Shown here: positions 10,946-21,607 of the stretch, in pieces | Layout: each line of letters opens with the position of its first letter | How positions within the stretch are numbered: position 1 is the first letter of the stretch | Assembly (NCBI GenBank): GCA_009602725.1 | Contig: WELB01000030.1 | Location: forward strand, 143,381 to 179,101 | Origin: Spirogloea muscicola | Lineage: Eukaryota | Direction of reading: 5' to 3' | Length of the DNA stretch: 35,721 nucleotides | The notes under the pieces: generated by a model | What the model saw: the letters and a program-made list of their open reading frames with translations, nothing else | What the model was told of the DNA's origin: nothing | Database searches by the model: none | Translations under genes and position numbers: made by a program

Positions 10946-11624
10946 AGCGGTGTGATGCTCATGCACCTGGTTGCTTGTGACTGCCTAAGCAGCATAGGGG
11001 GGTCGCTCGGGTGGTTATAGGAGTGCAGCTGCCCTCCTGTCCTGCGTGTGGATACCAGGTGCCTGCGCTCGGTTGTGCCAGCTCGCACCAAGTGGACGGG
11101 AGGAACAGAATGCCGTAACCACACTCTGCCTGTCTGGGAGCAGCCAGCCAGATTGAAGGAGGTATGCTGTCCCAACAAAGGGAGTTGGGGAAGCTGACAG
11201 TGCTCATTTGAGCTGTCAGTCTCGTCTTGAACCGACTCAAGGCTGGCATCCGACTGATTTTCACGTCAGTCACCTTGCCACTCAGTAGAGCATGCTGCCC
11301 ATTGAGGCCTCAGAGATCGTTGTTTGTAAGGCTTCATGCTGCTGACGACCACCTCAGCGACAGCTGTCAGGATTGGTGAGCTGATGTGAGCGTCACAATG
11401 CGCTAGGCTTGCAAAGCAAGCCAGATGAAGGTGCAGAGATATTCTCACCGGTCCAAAGAGCCAAAGCTCCTCCTAGCACTTGGCAAAGTCTTTCCAGCAC
11501 AATTGACCTTGCAACACCAATTCAAGCCCTGAGTCTTGCATTGGCAAGCCGAGCTAACTGCGCTGCACCAACACTTTCCGCTACCAGCACTGCGCATTGT
11601 CCAATATTTCCATCTATTGCTTGA

Positions 11625-12575
11625 CTAAGCCTCCCTCCACTTCATGTACACACCGCGCCCACTCTCTTTCACAGCCACCGCTGCCGATTATAAGAGCGTA
11701 AACCTTTAGTGGAGCTGGCCTTGGCGGCGTTGAGAGAAGGCACACGTTGTGCATGAATGAAAGGGAGGGAGGCCAAGGCGTTCTCTGGCTCTGGCTCTGG
11801 CCAGGGGACCCACTTCCAGGAGCCTAGCATCTCTGATCTGCGGCTGCTTAGCAGGGGTTACTGAGTGATTCGTAGCTGCATTGTTTCTTCTTGTGCTTGT
11901 TATTTCTAGCGCTTCCCCTGGCCCACTCCACGTACTTTGTGCATTCTTTTTTGGGCTGGCTTTTCCAGCCCCTATCCTCAATGGGCGAGCACTTCCTCAA
12001 GGCGTTGGGGCCAAACCGACTGGAGCAACTGGCAAGTGTGGAGGCGCCGAGACAAGAACCCGCTCAACGACGCTCTGACTGCTCGGAGAAGAAAGAAAGG
12101 GCTCGCCCATTGAGGATATGGGCTGGAACAGCCAGCCCAAAAAGGGAATGAACAAAGTACCAGAAGGGGGCTAGGCGAAGCACTAAGGAAGACGAGCACA
12201 AAAAGAAACAAAGCAGCTACGAAATACTCAGTAACCCCTGCTAAGCAGTCGCAGGTCAGAGATGCTAGGCTGCTGGAAGAGAAAGAGCTCGCCCATTGAG
12301 GATAGGGGCTGGAAGTGGGTCCCCTGGCCAGGGGACATACTTCCAGGAGCATAGCCTCTCCGACCTGCGCCTGCTTAGCAGGGGTTACTGAGTGGTTAGT
12401 GGCTGCTTTGTTTTTTCTTGTGTGCTTGTCATTTCTGCTGCTTCGCCTTAGGGCTTCGCCTGGCTTCCCCCCCCCTCTTCTTGTACTCTGTTCATTCTTT
12501 TCTGGGCTGGCTGTTCCAGCCCATATTCTCAATGGGCGAGCCCTTCTTCTTCCTGGCCAGAGCCAGAGGCAGAGG
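11625..12575. mobile_element. Fold-back cluster of CRE-like 3' ends: about 11799-11995 (+), 12087-12277 (-), 12279-12330 (-, internally deleted), 12326-12552 (+)
   Basis: Each unit of about 190-220 bp encodes the ORF end (FQEPSISDLRLLSRGY*), a 3' UTR and GGGCTGG-N5-CCAGCCC.TATCCTCAATGGGCGAGC plus a CT-rich tail. An older inverted pair of 3' UTR pieces lies at about 11625-11680 and 11730-11778. Confidence 0.8.
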
Positions 12576-12805
12576 ACTAACTCGGAGAAGCCCACTCGCA
12601 GGCCCTTAAGCGCCGTCGGCTCGACGGGCGCAGGCCCGCGCCCCCCGACCGAGGAGCTCGCCGTTAGGCCGACGCTGCGAGTACATGGGGAAAGGGCGGC
12701 ATTTGACGACGGCGGGCCCGGCCCCGCTATCGGCAGTTGAGGCCCGGTGCCCGCCGCCGCCGCCGCCGCCGTCCGCTGCTCGCCGCCGCCGCTGCCACCG
12801 CGGCG

Positions 12806-15800
12806 ATGAGGCCCCAGGAAAAAAAAAAAAAAAAAAAAAAAAANNNNNNNNNNNNNNNNNNNNNNNNNNNNNNNNNNNNNNNNNNNNNNNNNNNNNNNNN
12901 NNNNNNNNNNNNNNNNNNNNNNNNNNNNNNNNNNNNNNNNNNNNNNNNNNNNNNNNNNNNNNNNNNNNNNNNNNNNNNNNNNNNNNNNNNNNNNNNNNNN
13001 NNNNNNNNNNNNNNNNNNNNNNNNNNNNNNNNNNNNNNNNNNNNNNNNNNNNNNNNNNNNNNNNNNNNNNNNNNNNNNNNNNNNNNNNNNNNNNNNNNNN
13101 NNNNNNNNNNNNNNNNNNNNNNNNGGGGCCTCCGCAGCAGGGCTCGGCGATGCCCGGCCCTCCCCGCGGCGGCGGCGGCGGCAGCGGCGGCGGGGTACAG
13201 CCGCCGCCGGCTTTCGGAGCCAGGTTTGCCGGCCCACCGGCGGCGGAGATGCAGCACATGTCGCTGGGGCCGGCGGGCGGCCCGGGGCCGCCGCCGCCGG
13301 CGACTGGGCCGCCGCCGCCGTCCTGGGGGGCTCCTCCTCCCGGCACCACGGTGGGCACGGCTCAGCGGCGTGTGTACCCCGAGGCATACGCAGCTCAGGT
13401 CAGCTGCCAGCGCCAGCAGCATTGGTGTGGCCATCGCTGGGAGGCAGCGAGCTTGCCTTGGCAGCTTCTTGCTGCGCCACGAGGCTGATTGCGGAGTTGG
13501 TAGCGCTGCTGCTGTCTTTGAGTCCCTCTCAGTCCATTGAGTGCTCTGACTGCAACCACCGAAAAGGGATTGTAGTGAAGTGTTCGTAGTAAGCCCTGCC
13601 TTAATGTGCATTGTCAACCACTGCCTGTGGCAGCGGCTGCTGTAGCGCTCCATGTAAGCTGAGGACCGCTCTGCCGCCACTTTCTTCCGCAGAGGCAGGG
13701 CGGGCCCGCCCCAGGGCAGGGTATGCCGCCGCCGCCGCTCCCCGGCATGCCCCACGTCGCCTCGCCCCACAGCCCGAGCGGCGGCGGTGGCAACCGCATC
13801 GACCCCACGCAGATGCCGCGGCCTACGGCGTCAGACTCTGTGCTGGTTTTTGAGACGCGAGTGGCCGGCGCCGCCAATCTCCCCCCCGTAAGTGCATCTC
13901 GCCACTCCCTGTCCCAGCCCTTGCTCGCCGCTTTGCAGCAAGAAATCGAAAGCCCGCTATTGTGCCCGAGTGCAAAGCATGGCTGGACCTTGAACAGAAG
14001 CACGAGGGCGGATACCTGCTATCAGCTTGTGGCCCTGGCGGTGTAGTTGCTCTTGCTGCAAGTTATTTGATGCTTGCAGCAAGCTCTCTGATATGATCAA
14101 TCTGCCTGCCCATTATGCCCGAGTAGCCTGCCACAACATCATTCGTGGTCCGGGACACCGGCAACTGCAGCCCACGCATGATGCGCTGCACTCTCAACCA
14201 GGTGCGAAAGAGTATTCATGACCATTTGAGACTTACTGCAAGCTCTTGCAAAGCATGCTAGCCGTCTCTTCAAGGCTGCTGCCACTCAAAGTGACACCCT
14301 TGCTTGCCTATCTCTGGACAGCTCCCAGGGTCAGCCGACCTCCATGCCACGTCCTCCATGCCGCTTGCATTGCTGGTTCAGCCCCTCGCACTGCAGGACC
14401 CCAATGAAGATCCTGTCCCAGTAAGTCACTGCACGCCTCCACTGGCATGTATTGCTTACTCTGACATGTCCAGAGCCATTGACGTGCACGGTGGAGATTT
14501 ATACTCACTCTCACTCCCTCTGCCTGGACCTTGAACCCTATATTCACCTTTCAACCAGCCTAAACAGCTGGAAGCCCGCACATCAATATGTCCACGAAAC
14601 TGTTGCGCAGGCTAACGGTGTTTGGATCCATGCTTCACGTTCCTCATGGTTGTGCTGATTGGCACATGTTGGGCAGGTGGTGGACTTTGGCGAGTCTGGG
14701 CCGGTCCGCTGCCAGCGGTGCAAGGCGTACATCAACCCGTTCATGCGATTTGTAGACCAGGGCCACCGCTTCATCTGCAACCTCTGCAGTCAGCATCTCT
14801 CTTCCCTCTGCCCTCAAGCTTTCCTCTCTTTGCACCTCGCCGCCTTTGTGGAGGCCAAGAAGACCTCGATTCACTAGTCTATACTTCCATGTGATCAAGC
14901 AGAAGCTGAGGAGTGCTTTGTGGTGTCCCCCACACACTCACCTTGTACAGGTCACTCTAATGAGACCCCTCGGGATTACATGTGCAACCTTGGGCCGGAC
15001 GGACGGCGTCGCGACGCTGATGAGAGGCCCGAGCTGTCGCGGGGCTCTGTTGAATTCGTCGCCCCGACCGAGTTCATTGTGAGTGGGTCCATGTAGCAGG
15101 GCCATCTGTGAGGACCATCTTGGTTAGGTGTTTGGGGTTGCTTGCCGAGCTGGTCTACAGGAAGATATGGGGGATGCCAGTAACTGTGCATTTGCTTTGA
15201 GACGCAATTTGCAAGAGTTTCAGTCTTGTCTGTAGGGTGGCTCTTCCTGTCTCACTGTGGAGCTGTATGTAGCTGTACTACATGAACATGTCTGACTACT
15301 GTCCTCCTCTGACAGGTGCGGCCCCCTATGCCGCCAGTGTACTTTTTCCTGGTGGACGTGTCTGCCAATGCCGTTCAGGTTGGCGCGACTGCCTCGGCCT
15401 GCAGCGCCATCTCTCAAGTTCTCTCAGCGCTGCCAGTGAGGCCTCCTTTTCCTGCTCATATCCCCAACCCTGTATCATCTAGCAGTCCGCGTGTGTGTAT
15501 ATGTATTGCTTCAGCTTGCCTGTTGCCAGAGACAGCTCTATTCACGACTCCAGTAATAGCAACCACAGACATCTGTAGGCTTGCATTGATTGGGATGTTT
15601 GACCCTGTGCTCGCTGTTGACTTCACTGTCATTGGTTCACTTGGTGTTGCATCGAATCCTGTATGATTGCATCTAAACAACTGAAGAGCTCGTCATTGTC
15701 ATTCTCGTGCAACTCTTCATGTGGTACTGCTGGTCACCTGTGGCTGCAGGAAGGGGACCGAACTCATGTTGCCTTTGCTACATTTGACAGCACGATCCAC

Positions 15801-18800
15801 TTTTACAACCTGAATCCTTCTCTTCAGCAGGTAATTTCTTACAGTCTTTTAAGTGCATCAAGTTGTGCATTGCAGTTCTGGTAACGAAGACTGCTAGCCA
15901 GTCATGTAGCACATGGGCCTCAAGGCTTGTCATTGGCATACTTGTGGCAACTTCTCATCACAACCCCATTTCAACGTACTAGTGCACGTCTGGTTGATTT
16001 CGATGCTTGGTCAAGCATTGGGTTGATCCTAAATTACTGTCTTCAGTCCACGTAAATGTTGCCTTGCCAATATTGTAGCTTGCTTCTCTGAACCTCCATG
16101 TGTTGACCTGTGATTATGCAGCCGTCAATGCTCGTGGTACCTGATATCCAAGATCCATACACACCTCTACCCTCCGATATTGTCGTGCCCCTGCTCAAGG
16201 TAGGTCGTACTAACGTGTCATGCTCTGGCATGATATTGGGGTTTCTTGTGTGTGCTGGAAATGCTGGCTGCCAGTCCACGCATCTTCGCCCTTCTTGACT
16301 TTCTTGTGATGCTCAATTTGGGCGTTCTCAACAGTCACAGTTAATCAAGTCTGCAAAGCTGGTATGAATTGTGTACAAGTGATTGCAATACTAACTGTAT
16401 CTGCAACACAATAACAGTGTCGAGCAAATCTGGAACAATTGCTAGAGAATGTCCCCAACATGTTCCAGGCTGCTCGAGTGGCTGATTCCGCATTTGGTGC
16501 AGCTGTGAAAGTGAGTTTACACTTGGGTCTGATGATTGCTGCTGTTACCTGCAACTTCCATTGAGCAATTAAGGAAGTTGGTTGCATGCGAGGTTTCATC
16601 ACAGTTCAGCAAAGGCTTCGTAACTTACCAGAGATGGACGAATGTATAGGTGCATGTCTAATTGCAGCCCATAATGTAGCGCTTTGTGAGCAGCAAAGGT
16701 CAAACTTGGTCTGAGAATGTGCTCCACCATTTGCAGGCTGCATATCTTGCTATGAAGTCCACAGGTGGCAAGCTCCTTGTGTTCCAGTCTGGTAATGTCA
16801 CCACAACACACATTCAGCACATCAATTCCAGCATATCTTTGTCCTGTAGGATGTCAATTTTGATTCAAGGAGTCAATGTGTGCACAAATCTTCATCAAAA
16901 GAGTGTTGCGCATTGGCTAGATTGAGCAGCTCCAGGCAATCTAACATTGTGATAGTCTTCAGATTTTGGGCCTTGGCCAGACACTACAACAATGTCTGAT
17001 ACTGCCATCTGAGCCTTGTGCAGCATTGCCATCTGTGGGCTTTGGGTCGTTGATTGGCAGAGAAGCTGAGGGCAGGACTGGCAGTGTCATGAATGAGAAG
17101 GTATGGCTGCAACTCTCAATGTGTGTACAGGATATGTGATGTCTCGCTCCTCCATCTCTGGAGGGTGATGGTAGTGCATTATCAAGAATCCAAGGACTAG
17201 GATAACAGCACTTCTCCTATGCAGTGAGAGATTGGTATGCAGTTGGTTGTACAGCTCTTCAGGGGGGTATTGATTAATAACATGTCTAATGATAATTTAT
17301 CACCATGTCCTTGTCATTCTTTCAAAGTGAATATGCCAACAGTGGGGATCACCATATTGAGGCCTTGACGTTTCTGGACTCTGTTGTATGCTCACAGGAG
17401 GCACATAAGATGCTGTCACCTGCGGACAAGACTTTCAAGACTCTGGCATTTGAGCTGGCGGAATTTCAGGCAAGGAAGATAGTATTGACGTCCAACCAGC
17501 CAATGAAATTGCAGCATAAGATGTTGTTGTAGTTTGTCTCTCCTTTGGCTTGGAATGGCACTGGTTATCAACCATAGTTTGCAGCATATGGCACCAGACA
17601 AGTGCCTTCTCCCCCAACTGGCGCACAGTCCCCCAGAATGTTTCTCCCTGCCAACTTGAGATTCTCCTCCTTGTTGCCTACCTCCCTCTTTTACTTTTCC
17701 CCTTGCTTCTATCCTCCCTATCCTTCTTTGCTCTCCATTTCACCTTGCTTCCCCAACTTCCCCCCTGACAGGGGGTCTGTCATGCCTTGTCCTATACTGA
17801 ATCGGAATGCAGATGCCTGTCTGACTTGTGATGTTCCAGGTCTCTGTTGACCTCTTTCTGATGACTCAGTCGTTTGTGGACATTGCTTCGCAAGCTGTTG
17901 TACCCAGAACGACCGGTGGGCAGGTACTAGTGCTCTTCATTCCCAGTGGCTTTGTAAATAAGAAGGTGCACTGGGTTACACATATGCCATGGAAAGCACA
18001 CAGCCCTGATAGATAGAACATCTCCACTTCTAACATATTCATAATCACCCCAGGATTCGCTTTGCTTGGAGTAAGTGCTGTCTTAACCTTGAATGTGACT
18101 GTTGCTTGATTGCAACTGAATAAGTATAGTTCTCCGCACCTGGCACTAATGCCAATATGTCAAGTAGTCTGTCTATGTGGTGCTCTTTGGGGCGCCTCTG
18201 CACGGAAAGAGGTCCTAGGAGCACAGCTGCAGCCATCCTGTAGCAAGGCAGCTGCTTCGGAGTAAGACTCCAAAGGACTGTCCGCCTTCTCAAGAGAGGC
18301 AAGTCTGGAGCAATGCCTAAAAGCTGAGGGCTAGCAGTTGTTGTCCAGGTCTATTACTACTTCCCTTTCAATGCTGGCGTAGACAGCGCGAAGGTGTTCA
18401 ATGACTTGAGATGGAATGTCTGCCGGCCCCAGGGCTTTGAAGCCATCATGAGAGTCCGATGCTCTGCTGTACGTACTACAACATCTCATTTGTAACAGTA
18501 GCTCATACACTTTGCTTGATGTACGTGCGGTGCACAAAAGGAGCCTACCCATCAGATTGTCACTGCAAATATTGCAATTCTGAATATTGACAGGTGCACA
18601 GAAGAAGAGTTCCATTCGTGGTTTGGCTAAGCATGTGGGGTGCTCGTTGGTGCAGGGTTTGCAAGTAGTTGACTACTTCGGCAGCTTCTGCAAGCGAATT
18701 CCTACAGACATTGATCTCCCAGCTGTGAGAGTTACATAGTTGCTAGCTGAGCTCGTGTTAGTTGCACATAGCACTGGTTAACGTGTGCTCGTCGACTAGC

Positions 18801-21127
18801 AGGATGTTCTTGTAACGAGCTCATTACGACTCTGGGAGATGGCAAACAATACTTTGAGGCATGTTTGCAAGGCCTTGTTTTCTGACTTGGATCTTCTCAT
18901 CAATCCTTAGGAGTATCACAAGCATGCAGCCTTTACTGCTACGTTCTTGAGAAGCCTCTTTCTGATCCGCCAGGTTGACTGCGACAAGGCAGTGATGGTC
19001 ACGTTCAAGCACGACGACAAGTTCCAGGAGGGCACTGAGGCTTGCTTTCAGGCAAGTCAAAGGTTTAGCTTCTTGGCCAGTACGTGAGAATTAGGCCCTT
19101 GTTGCAATGCGCGCACATTTTCAAGAGCTGCTCGATCTGTCAGCTCCTGACAGTTCGCTGGTCAGGTCCCTTGTTACTCAGTGACACTCATCACGTCTGT
19201 CTTCCTCAGAGTGCAACGTTGTACACAACCATTAGCGGCGAGAAGAGGATCAGGGTGCACACGCTTTCCCTCCCAGTGACGACGGTCTTGGGTCACCTCT
19301 TCCGCGGGGCTGACCTTGACGCGCAGTTCTCCTACTTTCTCAAGCAAGGTCAGCACATCTGTCTGGACTTCCTTGACACAAGCTCAAGCACAGTCAGTGG
19401 AGATAGCATGCGACTTGAGTGTGAAGCATTGCTACCCACTTCGGAAGATGCCTGTGCTTACAAGTGTCCCCAGTCCCCGACAACAGGCTGAATCACTGTG
19501 TCTGCTGTTGTCTTTGACATTATACTTCTGTATGCGTGTGCTAGCTGCCTTGGATGTCGTCACCACCGGCCTTCCTCAAGTCAAGGACTCCGTTGTCCAG
19601 CACTGCATAAACATCCTGGCAACCTATCGCAAATTCTGTGCCTCAGCGTCATCTTCCGGCCAGCTTATCCTCCCAGAGGCTCTCAAGCTGCTACCTCTTT
19701 ACTCGCTTGGTAATGTTCACATAACTCTCGATTACGGGTATTTCAGGACTTGAGGATATCTGTTGACTGCTGAGCTGAGCTGATCAGCTTCACTAGTTAT
19801 GCAGTGCTCAGCATCTTGGGGGGACCTGTTTTGTGTTCTTGATTGCCCTGAATAATATCCGGTGGCATACATCTGGCAGCCCTGACCAAGAGCATAGGAT
19901 TGCGAAACGAGACGCGGCTTGATGAGCGGTCCTACTGGCTGTCCAAGGTGGCCAGTATAAGTGCGCCTCTAGCTGTGCCTCTCGTCTACCCCTGCATGTA
20001 CCCGGTCCACAAGCTTCCTCCCGCTCAGGTCCACCATGCTGCCACTTACTCAATTGTGCCACTTGTGTAGGCGCCTCTGGTGCTCCTCAAGCTCACCTCA
20101 AGCAGGCCTTCTTGGGATCAGCATTGCAGAATCCAGCATTCGTGTGCGCAAGTCAAATCCTCGTAGGCTTGACTGACTGCTCAGACCACGCCTATTTATG
20201 GGTGCGCAGGAGGGTGTCTCGGTGTTGCCTCCTGTCGTGTCGCTGTCAAGCGAGCACCTTGACCACGAGGGAATGTTCCTTTTGGAGAATGGTGAGGATG
20301 CCTATCTATGGGCTGGCAAGGCGGTGCCAGCCGACTTGTTGAAGCAGCTGATTGGATACTCATCTGTTGACGAGGTTGCCTCCAGTCAGGTGGGTCTGGG
20401 CACCGAGCTTGCAGGCAGTGCAGCTCACGATGTATGCAGACAGCCTTTGTGGACGGTCATACGTTCAGCAATGCTTAGCTACCATGTGCGCCTTGTTGAT
20501 AAATTGATATTCATCACCGCATTCTTGAGAGCAGCTCAGATGTCAAGTGCTCTTAGCTTCCTCAAAGCTGATGGATTTACAGATGGAATTTCAATCTCCC
20601 GCTTTGCAGTTCCTGCTTCGTGAGTTTGACAATCCAGCCAGCAAGCGTTTGAACGAGCTCGTTAATGAAATACGCCGCCATAGATGCTCCTACCTCAGGT
20701 CAGCTTTACTTATATCTGACAGACTACATGACATGTATGGCCTGCTGCTGTAATTGCCTATTGGTTAATCAATGTCGCAGCTTAATAACATCTTGAGGGC
20801 ATCTGATAGACCTGGATTTTAAGCAAAGCTATGAGCTTGTCGCTGTTGCGCAGATTATACCTGGTCAAGAAAGGCGATGCAAGTGGTGAGCAGCTGGCCT
20901 TCACCTTCTGTGTTGGTGTAGTGAGAAAATGCACATATTGACTGCTGTTATGTGCACATCCTTCCTCACCATTTAATATCTCAGAGCCTGCCTCACCCTT
21001 TGATCTCTCAACATCTGCAGAAACACGATTCTTCTCATTCCTCACTGAAGACCGAGGAGCAACGGGGATGTCTTACGTCGAGTTCCTGGTCAACTTGCAC
21101 CGACAAATCCAGAACAAGATGACATAG
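12806..21127 (+). CDS. SEC24: COPII coat cargo adaptor Sec24, C/D (CEF-like) type; many exons; exon 1 interrupted by the assembly gap
   Basis: Probable ATG at 12806 before the gap, then a Pro/Gly-rich N-terminus. NRIDPTQMPRP, DTGNCSPRMMRCT, zinc finger GPVRCQRCKAYINPF...FICNLC, RPELSRGSVEFVAP, trunk PPVYFFLVDVS, GEKRIRVHT, SSSGQLILPEALKLLPLY, gelsolin-like region FLLENGEDAYLW and end EDRGATGMSYVEFLVNLHRQIQNKMT*. Confidence 0.96.
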
Positions 21128-21607
21128 CTAGAGTGAGGGTAGGTCAAGTATCTGGTCACTAATTTGAGTTGGCCTTAACAAGATATGTCTCAGTCAGGTG
21201 GGCCCCTCAAGTCATTCTTCGCCCCCAGATTTTGTGCAAGAAGTGTCAGTTGGGGAGACCAAGATGGATTGCATCGCTATGCCCTCTTGAGAGTAACTGC
21301 TGCAGAAATCAAGGCGACTGGGTTTGCTGGGTAAGTTTGAGACTGGCACTTGCTTTTGGTCATCGCAAATATCCGGTGGCTATGAACAAAAAGCAGCGGC
21401 AAAGAAGATTGCACGGGCGAGCTCTGCATCAGCAATCTTGTACACATGCAGGTTCTCTTGATCTAGTGATCAATGAAGGCTCATACTCTTGCATGGGCCA
21501 GCAAATTGCTTATTATTTAGTGAGAAGGGAGATTTGTACAAAAAAAAGTTGGCTGGATACAAGACAAAATTGTCATGGGTGACGAGCTTGCATCAGTGAG
21601 ACCTCAG

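Noticed and set aside
10960..11620. Short ORFs downstream of TRAX
   Set aside because: No recognisable domain or consistent splice pattern. Probably UTR or intergenic DNA.
11944..11995. Reverse complement of the terminal motif as an HDV-like or hammerhead ribozyme
   Set aside because: A P3/L3-like CTC-N7-GAG and a P4-like stem followed by CAA are present, but no P1 or P2 pairing could be found and there is no CUGANGA hammerhead core. The motif sits at element 3' ends rather than 5' ends.
6399..12552. Recurring 40-nt motif as a CRISPR array
   Set aside because: Copies occur in both orientations at irregular distances, typically follow a retrotransposon ORF end, and lie in a eukaryotic intron-rich context with no cas genes.
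12819..12843. Poly(A) as a retrocopy tail
   Set aside because: It abuts the gap directly after a probable start codon and is likely a low-quality contig end, like the poly-G at 31577-31620.
11978..13770. Long ORFs of 250-469 aa spanning the N run
   Set aside because: Artefacts of translating through the assembly gap and GC-rich low-complexity DNA. Only the Sec24C frame is supported.
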